Shown here: piece by piece, positions 1-13,249 of the stretch
Layout: each line of letters opens with the position of its first letter
How positions within the stretch are numbered: the stretch's first letter is position 1
Source: Felis catus
Taxonomy: Eukaryota
DNA length: 64,000 nucleotides
Assembly (NCBI RefSeq): GCF_018350175.1
Contig: NC_058368.1
Coordinates: 26,538,001-26,602,000 of the forward strand
Direction: 5' to 3'
Notes under the pieces: model-generated
Told to the model about the DNA's origin: nothing
The model's input: only the letters and a program-made list of their open reading frames with translations
Database searches by the model: none
Program-made: the position numbers and the translations under genes

Positions 1-2529
1 ATCCTCACTAACTGACTTCTCCTGCACTAAGAGCCTCGGTGATCAGGGGCATCAGTGATCTGTTAAAAAAGAACTGAAAATGATCCCCAGAGGGGAAACT
101 TGTTAAAACCTCTGAAAGGTTTTGTGATCCTTAATTCCAGTTGCTAAAATGCCTTTTCATAAAAAAGACAATTTCATTCAATTCTTAAGTCTGAAGATTA
201 TAACCATCTTCAGAGAGGGGCACATATTCAGGCATCCACCAGACCTTGATTTCAAAAGCATTTGTCTTGCTTTCTGTTAACACTAACAAAGCTGCCATTG
301 ATGAAAACCAAGGGCATTAAAACCCAGAGCACATCCACCACCCAGGGGGAATTAATCAGATGATTGCTTTGAGAAATGGGCCCCCTGTTGGGACACATTG
401 GCTGGTCTCCTTAGAACATGCCCATGATTTCATTACAAACCACTCATCCCCATCTTGTGTAGAGACTCCTCTTTGGAACTCACACATACAAAATTGCCTC
501 TGCTGGTGGGACAGCCTTCCTCGGACAATTCATTTGTTGTGCTGTTTCACAGAAGAAACATCATAAGCCAAAGAATGTACATCATAGTCTGGTGGCTAGG
601 ACACCTTGGTGAAGAGGACCCAATAAACTCATGGGGGATGATAATGCTGTATTTATGTTAAGTGTGGGCACAAGGCTGCCTGCCAGTCCAGTTGCTACTC
701 ACAATACCTGCATCTGGTGTCATTGGAGAGGGCCTCCTGGCCTACCTACTAATTGAAATTATTATGCACCTTTTACCTGGGTTTTCAATCTATTTTTGTT
801 TACGACTGTTGCTGGGTGTGCAAAGGAATTGCTGGTGCCTCATATTTGCCCAACCTTTGCTCTGCTGAGCGAGTGCAAGCCAGAGCCAGCCCCTGCAGGC
901 CTCTGTGTACCTCATGGTCTGAGTTTGAGGGGATTTGAGAGCTTGCTTTCTCATTCTACACACAGGGATAAGGAGGCCCAGAGAACTTGAACGCGTGGTC
1001 ATGATCTCAGCTACTTATTATCAGAGTCAAGACCAGAAACTAGCTATCATGACTCTTGGTCTTGGGATCTTTTCACTTATTCAGTCCAACATTTGACAAG
1101 CACTTAGGCCAGTTCTTTGAGGAACTGAGAACAGGGAGAGAAAAGGGGGTCTCTGTCCAGAGGAGCCCATGGTGTTTGTTGCTATGATTGCAAGAAGCCC
1201 TGGGAGCTCACATCAAAGGGCAGGGGACCTCTGGATGCTCAGAGAGTCTCCCCATGGTGCCCACCCTCTACCTAATGCAGCTTAAACCAAATCAGCACAA
1301 ATCCAGGATTCCACTGGAGTACAAGGTCAGAGTGACTTGGGCCAAGGGAACCAAGACAATGCCTTCTTATCCCTCCTGAGAGGAGAGCTGAAGAGCAGCC
1401 CCAAGTGATAACTGCGGGACTCACGGCTGGGCCTTGCCCCCGACACCAGCACCGGCTGGGATGAATCACACACCAGAGAACAACGGGGCTATTTCTTGAG
1501 GGTCATTTGTCAAGTTGACATCCCTGCCTAGAGTTATTTAGGGCTTTCTAAAGACACTTCTTTCCCTCCCTGTTGCAGGAAGCACCTGCGAGGCTGTTGA
1601 GTTGTGTTTTTGCTCAATAGCACTTTGATATCCCTTAAGGCCATCAATTACTCTTCTGTCCTTGCCGGTATGGGCTTTGGCTGATACAAAGATAGGAAAG
1701 CTTAGAGAGGATGATGAAGAGGAAAAGGACAGTGACTTCCTCTGGGATCTGAGGCCAGACGCTGTCTGGAGGTGGGCTTCTTGCTGATTTCTGTGGGGGC
1801 TCCTCTAGGTCAGGACAATCAGCATCCTTGGCTGGCTGGGCTTGGAACATAACTGCAATGCTCCCGTGAGGCCACATCTCCCTCCTGGAGGAGAGCTATG
1901 CTCCTTGCCATCTACTTAGAGATGAGTGTGGCTAGAGCAACACTGATTCAGGTGCATGACTTCAGGGAGAGGGAAGTTGGAAAGGAATCAGAGGAGAAGA
2001 ACATAAGCAATCAGAAGACTTGGTGAATGAGCCTCTGAAAATGACTAGGGGAATCAGAGTTGTTGAGTCTAGGGAAGGAAAGGGTGAACTAAGAACCAGC
2101 TTTGATTACAGGGAGAATAATTGTGCAGAGATCAGTGGTCATTTCCACTGACAATACAATGTGGGTTACAGATGCTTAAATTGCTGCCTGAGGATTTTTG
2201 TTCAGTGTGTGCTAGCCTGTCTGGGCTATTGCGTTGCTCTTATTCACGAGGTGGGGGTGCTCCTTCCTTGGAGATCTGCATGAATGAAAATGACATCCTC
2301 CCAGCTGGGCTGGTTTAGAGAAAGTCTTAATGGCACATGGATCTCTTTGTTTCAGTTCACACTGCCCAGCCGCCCAGCTTGACCTTCATGTCTCCGTCAG
2401 TTTGGCAGACTCTTGATTGGTATCCAGACATTCCACCCCTGCCTCCTCTAATCCATTTGGTACACTGGGGTCCCACTTACATTCTTTAAATTCATCATGG
2501 GTTATGGCAATGTCCTGTTCGAAAAAACG

Positions 2530-2662
2530 TTTGTGTTCATTTATTCATTCAACAAATATTGAGCACCTATTGTGTTCAGCACCTATTATGTGTCTGGCAC
2601 TATACTAAGCTTTGTGCATATGACATGGCACAAAATGCAGTGCAGCCTTAAGGAGGTCACTC
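2530..2662 (-). mobile_element. L2 LINE 3'-end fragment
   Basis: 'ttcatttattcattcaacaaatattgagcacctattgtg' resembles the reverse-complemented L2 3' terminus; interrupted by the SINE at 2663. Confidence 0.65.
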
Positions 2663-2867
2663 GGGAACCTGGGTGGCTCAGTCCGTTAAGCTCCTGACTC
2701 TTGGTTTTGGCTCAGGTCATGATCTCGCAGTTCGTGAGTTCGAGCCCCACATCGGGCCCTACACTGACAGCGGGGAGCCTGCTTAGGATTCTCTCTCTCT
2801 CCCTCTCTCACTGCTCCTCCCTCACTTTCTCTCTCAAAATAAATAAACTTAAAAATGTATTTTAGAA
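2663..2867 (+). mobile_element. Carnivore SINE (SINEC_Fc-like)
   Basis: Head gggaacctgggtggctcagt, 'ggctcaggtcatgatctc', CT-rich tract, A-rich tail; TSD aaggaggtcactc (2650-2662) / aaggaggtcgctc (2868-2880). Confidence 0.95.
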
Positions 2868-3611
2868 AAGGAGGTCGCTCAGTCTTTATATCCTTGTCCT
2901 GGAATTTTTTAAGGCCCCTACCATCCGGTTTTAACATGTCTTTCTAACTTTATGTCCACAACAACACCTTTCTCTTCTATCAGCTTGGTCTATTCACCAC
3001 GCCCAGCTCATTCTGGGCCTTGCCTCTTGCCACTACTGATGCACTGAATATCCTTATCCAAAGCTAACACAGCCTCCCCTCCTTCAGGAGGACCTCTGTC
3101 ATCACCTGGGTTTAGGGATTCTCCAGCACCTTAGCCCCTACAGTGCTCACTTAGTACTAGATATTTTCTTCCTGAGTACAGATGGCAAACTGGGCAGCTG
3201 CTGTGCCTACTATGACCACTTCTGCCCTCGCTCACAGTGGGTAAGACCCAAGAGAGCTGTGACCACACCGACATTTTCTCCCTATCCAAAGCTCGGCCGT
3301 GAGCTGTGGTGGGGGTGGTTGGCCAGGGCTTGCAGAGCATTCTACACCAGGAAGAAAAGGTTAAGGATATCAAATCTCTGAACTTAGAGGGAAAAAGGCT
3401 TTTGAGACTGTTTAATAAAACTACTTCACTTTACAGATGTGGAAACTGAGGGCCAGAGAAACTGATTTATCCAACGTCACAAAGTGAAGTCATAACAGAG
3501 TCAATCAAGTCTGTTTTCCTTGTCTGCTAAACTCTCTTGTCTCTATATAGTTTGGCAGTTGGAATCCTAAGGAACCTAACATTTCAGGATACACAGGAAA
3601 GAGATAGGAAA

Positions 3612-4090
3612 TGTGTTAGTTTCTTATCTTGTCTGTCACAGACAGGCACAAATTTAGTGGCTTAGGCAACCCAAATTTGTTATTTTGCAGTTCTGTAGGT
3701 CAGAAGTCTGGTGTGGGTCTAACAGGGCTAAAATCTAAGTGTTTGCAGGGCTTCCTTCCTCTCTGGAGGCTCCAGAGAAGAATCTGCTTCCTTGCCTTTA
3801 CAGTTTCTAGAAGCTGCCCCTATTCTTTGGCTCATGGCTCCCTTCTTCTGTCTTCAAGCCAGCAGTGGTGTGTGGAGTTCTTCTTATATTGTATTACTCT
3901 TCCTCTCATGCCTCCCTCTTCTAATTTGAAGGACCCTTGGGATTACAGTGGGCTTCCCTGGTCAATCTTCCTATCTTCAAGTCAGCTTAACAGCAGCCGG
4001 AATTCCTCTTTGCCACATAACATAACATATTCACAGTTTCCAAGGATTAGGATATGAACATCTTTGGGGGTTATTTTTCTGAAGACAGTA
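3612..4090 (-). mobile_element. MaLR solo LTR (MLT1C/D-like)
   Basis: Starts tgtgttagtttc...aatttagtggctta; contains 'gttctgtaggtcagaagtc', 'cttccttcctctctggaggctccag', 'cacagtttccaaggattaggatatgaacatctttgggg'. Confidence 0.85.
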
Positions 4091-5269
4091 GGAAAATGAG
4101 AACGAAGATCAACTCTTTCTCTTGCTTTCTTGACTTCCCGAATTCTTTGTGATCAGAAAAAGTTAGTATGAAGATATTCTAGGTCTCTGTATTCAACCTC
4201 AGGTTTCTCTTCTCAGCTGTGATCTGGTTAGTATGGTCAAGACACAAAGAAAAGGAACAGAAATGCCAACATTTATAGAAAAGGAGGCTCACAAATTTTG
4301 GCTAAAATGGGATGAGGGCCAGTAGAAGTCTTTCTAGTTTCTAAAGGTCTGAGAATTCCCAGGCTTGGGCTTACTCTGCTAAGGCTGGGTCGGGGCTGGG
4401 GGGGGGGGGTTGTTTATATGAGATATTTGGATGGAATCCCCTACTACAAGCCTTGCTGGCCATTAACATCGGTAAGCATGGGGGAGTGAGATAATGTCCT
4501 GAACAATTTAAGGAAAGTATCAACCGATTGCAAGTTGGGATGGTTTCACAGGCTCATGGTCTCTCAGAGTCTAAAGGACCTTTAGGAGTTTCTTTGTCCA
4601 GCCTCTCACCTAATGCAAGACCCTCTATAAGGTCTTTTACCACCCATCGTCACCCTTCTTTGTAAAGCTCTGGCAGAGATAAGAAATCATCTAGATTTCC
4701 TTAGATCTTCTCCAATTCTCTGAGTCTGTAGTTTTTTGTGAATGCCAAGTTTTACCTCTAATTACTTCTTGGTGTTGGTAGGAAAGTCAGACAAACTGTC
4801 CCCATTTTTTCTCTGCCAGGATGGTAGGATATTGACTATTGTTATATCTTCACGAAAAGGGTCTGAGAACCCTTAGAGTACCTGTAGTATTTAACTCTCA
4901 CTTATGGGGCTATGAGGATAGGGAGGAAGATACAAGGGAGGAGTCATCTGCCAATCGACCTGGTGTCTTCACAGAGCTCTCTTTTCCTCAGATGCTATAT
5001 TGACTCTTATTTAGTCTTCCTAGAACTCCCCCTCCCCTTTCCTCTGATAACAGACACATGCTATCCCCCTGACCACAAGAGACCCAGGAGAGCCCATCAC
5101 ATACCTCACATGTTTAGCCATAGTGAATGGGCCAATAAGCATCTAATCTTGTTTTTGTTTGTTTGTTTGTTTGTTTCTTTTTTTTGCTTTTTCCCAATCC
5201 ACAGGGGGAAAGGGAGGAAAATCCTGTCTGCTCAGGTCATGAGCTATATATGAGGAAGTGAGCTTTGCC

Positions 5270-5480
5270 CATGGCCATGTCCCCACCTCCATGGAGAAGC
5301 TGGTATGGGAAAATGGCATCAAGCAAGAGCAAAAAGGAGAGAGAATGAGAGAGTCCTGAGGATATCCCTCAATCCAACCATCTTTTTTTTGTGTGTGTCT
5401 TGTTTATATGAACAAATAAATAAGGCTTAAGCTGGTTTAAGATGTGTTTCTTCCATTTGTAACCCATGAGTCTGAATAAT
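5270..5480 (+). mobile_element. Old MaLR LTR 3' fragment (MLT1J/K-like)
   Basis: 'aataaataaggcttaagctggttt...ccatttgtaacc...gagtctga' resembles old MLT1 3' ends. Confidence 0.5.
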
Positions 5481-6039
5481 TTAGAAACTTTCCCGGTTTT
5501 CCTCTTTCCTAGAGATGCTGAAAAGTGAATGAAAGATCAGAAACTATTAGTTTCAGGGTCCATCTTGTCCGTGATGATCTGCAGAAGAGTCAGGAGGAAG
5601 AAAGGATGGGAAATCACGCAGGTGAGAAAGATTCTTATGTGTGAGGTCCAGTGAGAAAGAATCCAAGGGTGATACATAGGGTCCCACTACCTTTGCTCTT
5701 TTGAACCTCAGCTTGGTTCCAACAAATTATGACTACAAACTCACATAGATTCAGGCCAACGTTGGGGTCCCAAAGTGAGTGTTGTTCTATTTTGTGGACA
5801 TCATGTTACTTGTTTGGTGTAAATCAGGGCTTTAGAGAGTACTCAGTAGATGCACTGGTAAGCACAAAGTTTGGGTGGCAGAGGGAGAAGAAAAGAAAGA
5901 AAAATCAGGGAAGGGGAGGGAAGTGAAAATGTATCAGGAGAAGCAAGGAGAGAGAGAGAAAGAGAGAGATTACTCCATCAGCAAAATGCTGACTGAACAT
6001 CTCGTACGTGTATAAGGTTGTGCTAGTCGCAACCTGTCA

Positions 6040-7450
6040 TTCCAAAGCAATAAGCAGAAACCTTATTTGTGACGACAGACGCTAAGAGTTAGGTGTCTGG
6101 AGTAAGAAAAACGCACACTCAGGTATGAACGGCAAGCAGCAAAGTCAGTGGACAATTACTCATGAAGGCTGTGAAGGAGGGAACAAAATGAATGGGCCTG
6201 CGTTTAAACCAGAAGTTAAGTTAAAACATATGGAAGATGTTTTTTTGATATTCACTTAAAGCCTGGCACAGTCTACTCAAAGAGGCTGTGGCGTCTCCTG
6301 TAGAGGGAGGCTGTCGAGAATAGTTTAGACTGCCTCGTGGCTGCTTCACGAGCTTGATTACAGGCCTGCATCTCTGCCCATCACATCTGCTTTTCAGTAA
6401 CAGCACGGGGGGGAGGCAAGCTGTAAAAGGCTTTTGCATTTTTTTTTTTTCTGGCAGACTTAGTTTTTCATGTTTGTTTTGCAAAGAAAAAAAATCTATA
6501 TAGCGCAGTAAACAGTTGAACAAAATCGACACAAATTCGTCCAAACTTTTTAAATGCTCCCAGATTTGGATATAGTGTTTATTTATGTAGGTTGAGAGTC
6601 AGAATGGATCTGGAAGGTCAGGAGATAGCTGAACTTTTGACTCTGCCCGTCAGCTCACACAGTTTTGTGCATTGTTTTATCTTCAAACTGGGAAAACGAG
6701 GAACCATTCTTCAGCTGTATCTCTCTCACAGAGCCTTCCCTCCCGCCCCCCAGATTGTGCCATACCCCGCGAGCCTGAAAACAGCCCAGGAAACCATCAC
6801 ACCATTGTGAAAGGACTAATCGCCACACAACACTTGGTTTTCCTTCCTGGACTGCGTCACAGGCCACGGCTCTGTGGTTCCCACATTGTTTCTGTCATCA
6901 TCCCAAGGAGCATAACTCTTGATCCTGAGTCTGGGCAGGACAGCCTGTCTCGGCACGAGCTCTTATGTAAGTGGCTGTGGGGAGAGCTGGCAATAAACAA
7001 ACATTTTTCCAGCCCTTGTTTTCTCTGCAGACTTGAAAGATTTCTCTCTGGGGTTGCTGTTGCACTTCTGCAACGGGAAGGCGAATTCCCAGCTCAGAAA
7101 TATCTTGCGCTGCATTTCTTGCTTCTAAAATCAGAACAAAGTGAACCGAAGTGTCCAAAGAAACTGAATTATTGGGAACGGGATGTTTAGATGGATTTCT
7201 CTAAAAGGGGATTAGAAGCAGCGTTTCAGAAAGCTCATCCATTTATCTGTGCCGCTGGTAACTGTTGGTAAATTACGCTGGCACTTCAGGGCCACAGATG
7301 GGGAATCAGAAGATGAAAGAACGAACCCGGTAATGTCTTCCAGGGTCAAAGTCAGACCTACTGTATGAACAAAGTACAGACATACGAGAATAAGGAGACT
7401 GAGTATTTGTAGAATCCTTTCTCTTTGGGTCGCTCCAAACTTAGAAACTC
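6040..7450. promoter_or_regulatory. Candidate cis-regulatory region (repeat-free, CpG-enriched)
   Basis: About 35-40 CpGs by eye in ~1.4 kb, clearly above the flanks; several forkhead-like and E-box motifs. Function is inferred only. Confidence 0.4.
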
Positions 7451-8082
7451 AAAGAAGGAACAGTTTACAATAGTGCCCTCAAAACACTATGCCTCTCACT
7501 CCCATTACTGAATTTAGTGGAAATCCCACCCAAGTAGGCAACATATTGCAGGGACCCTAACACAGGCTCCCAGTCCACTGGGGTTACCCTGCTGGAGGTC
7601 AAAGCAATTGCTTCTGTGGTTGACGCGGAGGTCACCTTTAAGGGTACATGGCTTCAGCTGCTTGTCTGAAGCGGTCATGTTTCCCCCTTCCCCACAATAA
7701 TCTCCACTGGAAGGCTCCAGCCGAAATGACTATGCTTTTGGTTTCCCAGCAGTGGCCAGGTGCTCGAAGGGCACTCATTCCCTGTGCTGAAAGCCAAGCT
7801 GGTTTCTCCGTATCTCTGGGTAACTCAAATCATTTCAGTATGAGTTGCCAAGTATGTTTGTTATTTTGGGAAATTGGTAGAGAGGGGAAGTACATCCAGA
7901 GTTTCTCTTAGCTTTCTTTGAGTCTACTGAGACCCCTGGGAAATAATTTATTGCCTGTAGCCTGGAAACATTGCTACACATTCAAGAAGGCTCCGCTCTG
8001 CTCATTGGCAAGCCTGGGTCTCTGGCCATGTTAATCTCATCTCTCTCATCCTTGTCTCCACAACATCCATAGAGCTAAGATA

Positions 8083-8225
8083 GGGGTGCCTTGGTGGTTC
8101 AGTCAGCTAAACATCTGACTTCGGCTCAGGTCATCTCATGGTTCATGAGTTTGAGCCCCGCATCGGGCTCCGTGCTGACTCAGATAAACATTAAAAAACA
8201 AAAACAAAAACCAAAAACCAAAAAA
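8083..8225 (+). mobile_element. Carnivore SINE, internally deleted
   Basis: SINE head ggggtgccttggtggttcagtc...gtgctgactcaga runs straight into taaacattaaaaaa; TSD ctaagata (8075-8082 / 8226-8233). Confidence 0.9.
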
Positions 8226-8291
8226 CTAAGATAGAGCCACCTGGAAAGGAAATAGCCTTCTTGAGGCCACTTGACTAGTCTCTGGTCACAT

Positions 8292-8433
8292 GGAGTCAGC
8301 TACATAATTTGTAGGGCCCAGTGCAAAATAAAAATGTGCGGTCCCTTTTTGAAAAATTATTAGGGACTTCAAGATGGCCAAGAGCCAAGCGTTAAACCAA
8401 CTGCACAGGTCACATGCCCACGAAGGCACATTG
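8292..8433 (-). mobile_element. hAT-Tip100 MITE (MER45A-like)
   Basis: 'gctacataatttgtagggcccagtgcaaaataaaaatg...ttcaagatgg...ttaaaccaa...gcccacgaag' matches the remembered consensus; second copy at 29459. Confidence 0.8.
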
Positions 8434-8619
8434 CATGCAGCTTTCATTTGAAGTCTCTAGTTTTCAGAGAGGAGTAGATGGAGGAGGCAAGTGCTTCGAG
8501 GGCCATGTAAGAAAGCCTAAGGCAGAGTGACATCAGGGGGCTGCTTCTAACAGGGTACTCTGGGGAGTGTCTCGTGGGGTCGCTATGAATAACAGACACC
8601 ATTCGAAGTACTTCCATAT

Positions 8620-8760
8620 GTTAAATCCTTTCATATATACACATACATATAAATAATTTACACCTACTAAATCATAAATCCTCTCAACAACCATACGAAA
8701 CAGGCGCTATTATTTTCCCTTGCTTTGCAGATGAGGACACTGAAGCACAACAGAATTTAA
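8620..8760 (-). mobile_element. MIR SINE fragment
   Basis: 'cctctcaacaaccat...ttgcagatgaggacactgaagcaca' MIR core. Confidence 0.65.
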
Positions 8761-11044
8761 GAAAACAGTGATTGAGAGTTTGGGTCTCAGCTTTCCGATG
8801 CTAAATTTCTATTTTTCAGATCTGCTTGGAGCTGACTAGACCCAGAGGGCCTGCGTCATGCTAAACTCATGGACAACTGATTTCTATGCCACAAAACAAA
8901 TTTATTCCCTACAGAGATGGTGTTACCATTCCAGTGAATGAAATATTCATTCCCATAATCCAGGGGACCCCTTTGGGAATTAAGGTGCCTAGCGTGACTT
9001 ATGAAAGAATTAGAAGGTTTCTCAGTGAGCACAGAATCAAAACAAAGCTAATTGCCTAATCTCAAGGGAGGTGTCGACCAGACTAACGCAAAATCTGGGA
9101 AATCATCCTCCTCGTGCTTACTGCACTTCTTCCTGGTGGATGGAGTGCTCCTGTCTGCTGAACACAGGGTCTCTCTCTGGTGCCTGGTGTCATCCAGGCC
9201 ACCTCATGCCAGGCCAGTTACATTACACTGAATGGGCGGTCCTTTTCCTTACGTTATTGTGTTCTCGTCTGGGATTTGATCCCAAACGTCATGATCTCAG
9301 CAGCAACTTATTTACACACCATCCCTGAGGATGCCCCATCTATAGAAGGCCTGCTGATTTCTTCCCTGGTAGAACCCAGGGAAGTTCACCATTCCACTTC
9401 CCTGGGTGAACTGAATCTAGGCTTCTATGTGCTGCCCAAACTTAGCATTTGAATAGCTCTAAAGAGGAGTAGAATGGTAACATGTTAAAATGAGGTTATG
9501 TTGATTCCATCACGAATTTAAGATACGTAGGCCAGGCAGCATCTTGGAGGTAAGGTAACTCCCTATGAAAGCTCCTATCTGAGTGGCATTAAATAATTCA
9601 ACAATGAAATTACACTCAGGTAGGTTTCAAGTGGGACTGAGGAAGGAGTCATAAAGTAAATGACTTGCATCATACGGGAATTAGTTTTTTGTTTCGTTTT
9701 GTTTTGTTCGTAGCCCTCCACTTGAAAGTTGTCTTCTCTTTGCCAAGCATCGGGGTGATTCATAAAACCATCTTCTGATGTAAAAGAGAAACTGCTACAA
9801 GTGATTTCAAAAGGCATCTTCTGGGAGCCAGTTTAAAGAGTAGCACAATCGAATTAGGAAGATGATGACGGTGATGACTGTAAATAACATTAAAAATATA
9901 GGTGACAAGCATTGTGCTAACTGAATAGAAAATATTATTTTTTAACAACCCTATGAGATTATTCCAATTTTACTGAGGGAAAAAAATGAGTTTGGGACCA
10001 GCAATGGTTATAAAAATAAAGGTAAAGATTCTTAAATCCTGAACTAAAAACAGTAAGAATTGGCTGCAATTGGAAACTTGTGATAGATGGAATAGATGGT
10101 TCCAGGCAGACCAACATGGGCTGAATACTTGTGGGGCACATGGGGGAAGACCAGAGAGCACAACTAGCCAAGCAATAAACATGGAAAAAGTCCTAAAAGG
10201 ATCTGAGCAGGAAAAGGACCAGGTCAGGCATTCCCCTAGGTTAGGCCCACCTGGATAAGTCCTGAGATCTCTCACTGAGAGAGGATCCAAAAGCCATTTA
10301 CTCTTTGATTAGGTGTGGATATGAATTGTAACTGACTGTATGCGTTCATTTATGTTCCAGTTAACTGCTGAGTAGATTACTTAGATGTCATCCCATAGTG
10401 TGGATTTTGCCTTTCTTTCCTAATTTCTTTTGCTCCATTGTAGACTCCAGCTAATAAAATCCCCTCAATACTGTGAGGGGCCAAAGCAAGCTGATCCCCA
10501 GAGTCACTTAGTCTTCTGCTCCTCCCCCGGGATGTGGCTTAATCATATCCATTTGTAAAAGAGGAGCTGGTGGCTCAGAGGTACTCAGTAATTTTCACAG
10601 CTAGGTAATTCACAGCTGAGGGTTCAGATCCTGGCCTCATTCTCTCTGGCTCTTTCCCCTACAGTGGAGAGTCAGGCAAACAGCTGTACTTGTACACAAG
10701 CCATCCACCAGGCTTATTCTTGTGTTCAGCGTGCCTCCCACTGCCCTGCCTTCCCGTAGCTTCCCCTGGCCTCCTCACCAGGTACACCATCTCCTTTAGC
10801 TCATTGCTTTGCCTACTCATGTGAGGTTACTGAGAAAAGCAAGAATATGGCTGGGATTTCTTACCCACACTTTCATGTTCAAAATCAATTCTTTGAAAGC
10901 AAAGTCAAAATCCAATAATAGTAATAATAATAGTTGTTCATAGTTAAAGCAGGAAATCAAATAGTGCTTCTATAGCATCTACTATGTGTTAGATACTGTT
11001 TTAAGTGTGGTTTATTAATTCACTTTGCCCTATATCTTCATCAA

Positions 11045-11047
<3 letters not shown>

Positions 11048-11080
<33 letters not shown>

Positions 11081-11090
11081 TGTGTGTGTG
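11048..11090. repeat. (GT)n microsatellite
   Basis: About 21 units with one interruption, seen directly. Confidence 0.98.
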
Positions 11091-13249
11091 CCCACGTGCG
11101 CACATGTGAAAGGATGCTAGAATTTCAGTTTTCTTCTGTTCCAGTCTTTGAACTTCTCAAAATGAATTTTAGCAGGGCCGGCCCTAAGTAGAATCTGATT
11201 CTAACTTGTGGCTCCAAAAATGGTCCCACTCTAATGTCTACCTCCTTGGCAAAAGGAGGGGCCAGACAGGACTCAAGGGTCTAAGGCGCATCCTGCATTC
11301 CCCCGGGCCTGGTCTCCCTGGGAGTGTTTCCCACAGTCTGTGGTTCCTTCTCTGCTTCCTTTTGCTTCCTCCTCTGCCACCACAAAGTCTTTCTTTTTCA
11401 TCTTGAAGAGCCACATGCTAATTACCAAGAACACCAGCAGGGCCACTCTCCTCCAGCTTTCAGGACCAAAGATCCTGGCTTATGGGACACTTGTAGCTGT
11501 CCCTGCACCCTGGAAGGGCGGTGCCAAAGAGCCAGGAGAGACACATGTGGGCAGTCAAAGGGTAGAATCTGGCTCCCAGGTCCAAAGACACGCAAAACCA
11601 AGCTCTGTGCAGTAATTCCCCTCATAAATCTTGGCTTTCACTATAAATTATTTAGACTATCCAGTTTCACTTCCTTCTCCTCTCCCATCAGATTCAGAGG
11701 ATTTCAGTCTTGAGAGAAACATCGAACCTGAACTAAGCATCATCAACTTGATCACCTTTAAAAGGCTCTGGTTTCACAGGGGAAGCCAAGGATGGGGAGA
11801 TGTGGGGGCAGGGGGTCCTGGAGGCAGGGATCAGAAGATATCTGTGGATAAAAAAGGAGTTTGCAAAGCCAAAATTGCTTTGGACTTTATAATATTTAAG
11901 ATGGTACCACCCAAATGAAACAAAAAAGTCTAGCCCACCTCACTGGGCTGTGATGTTATTGCCCTTAATAACTGTCCTGCGGGGTACACCTCCAGAAGTT
12001 TGAAACAGGAAATAAACAAGGTTTCAGGGGCTACAGCAAGACAATAATAACAGCTTTGGAGTGCAGCTGCAGCCACTTTCTGTGATTAGGTCTCTGTCCC
12101 TCCCTTGGCCTTGGCAATGGGTCTAGGGTGCTATTTGATCCCTAGGCTTTCATTCCACCCAGTTCAAGTACCTGCTTGCAGGCTTCTCCTGGCCCAGCAC
12201 ACAAACAAACTTTAAATGACAAAGTAAAACACTGGCAGTGTTTTCCAAGGCAGTCCTGAGGCGGGGATTTCCCAGAGTTTGTTATGAGAGGCAACCTGCC
12301 TCCCAACCAAGTCGGAAAGAGCCAGGAACCAGGTGGAAAGCCATGAGTCAGGCCTAGAGAATTTCAGTTTCAACACCCACTCAGCAAGAGGCTGTTTAAT
12401 TATACCTGTTACCTTCAATGTAAAGGTCACCCACCCTGTGGTAAATGATTAATTGCTGGCTGCTTCACCTACTGTTCTGATTCTAATCCCTTTACATTTC
12501 TGGTTAATTTTTGTTAGAAAACCGTGATGTACTTCATTTTCTTTTATGAAGAAAATGATAGCCACAGTTGATGATCAATTGGTAAGCAGGCTCCATTTGA
12601 CAGGTCTTTTGCAAACAACTCTGTGTAGAATTGAAGGGTAGGGTTGGGCAGCATGGTACCCAATTTGTAGTTCAAGTTCTGCTGTAAGTGGCTCACCTGA
12701 GTCAAACATTCACTGGATGTTTGGAAATCAGTTGACTAATCATTATAATCTAAGCAGGGAAGGAAGAAAAGATTCAGGCTTCTAGAAAGAACATTCATTG
12801 GCGTCACGCTGTGACTGCATTCAGGGTCTTCTAGCCCTCAGAGTGACTGACCCAGGAAGATCAGAAGGTCCCTTCTTAGGACTTGTGTTAGGACGCTTAA
12901 GTCAAGGGTAACACTTAGCCCTGTCACACTTGCTGGCTTTCCTCTTGATGGCGATGGCCGAAGGGAAAGAAGAGAGTTGCCTAATTTGACCTATAACACA
13001 CACCACAATTTAGCCCCTTCATTTCCCTCAAGAATATGATTATTAAGAGTCTAATTTGTTGGGGATTATTTTTAGGAGAAATGAGGGGAATGGGGGATTG
13101 GCAGATGGAAGGAGTGTCAAATACATTCTGATAATTTCTTCACCTTTTTTCCTATCCAGGACTCATTTAATGTCTATTGGAAGCTTGTAAATAATCAGAA
13201 ATACATCATATGTACCTGCATCCAGGAGATGACTCAGTTAGTTAGCTTA

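Noticed and set aside
6672..7190. Longest ORF (172 aa, +)
   Set aside because: Starts at TTG with no recognisable domain; better explained as a chance frame in a CpG-richer block.
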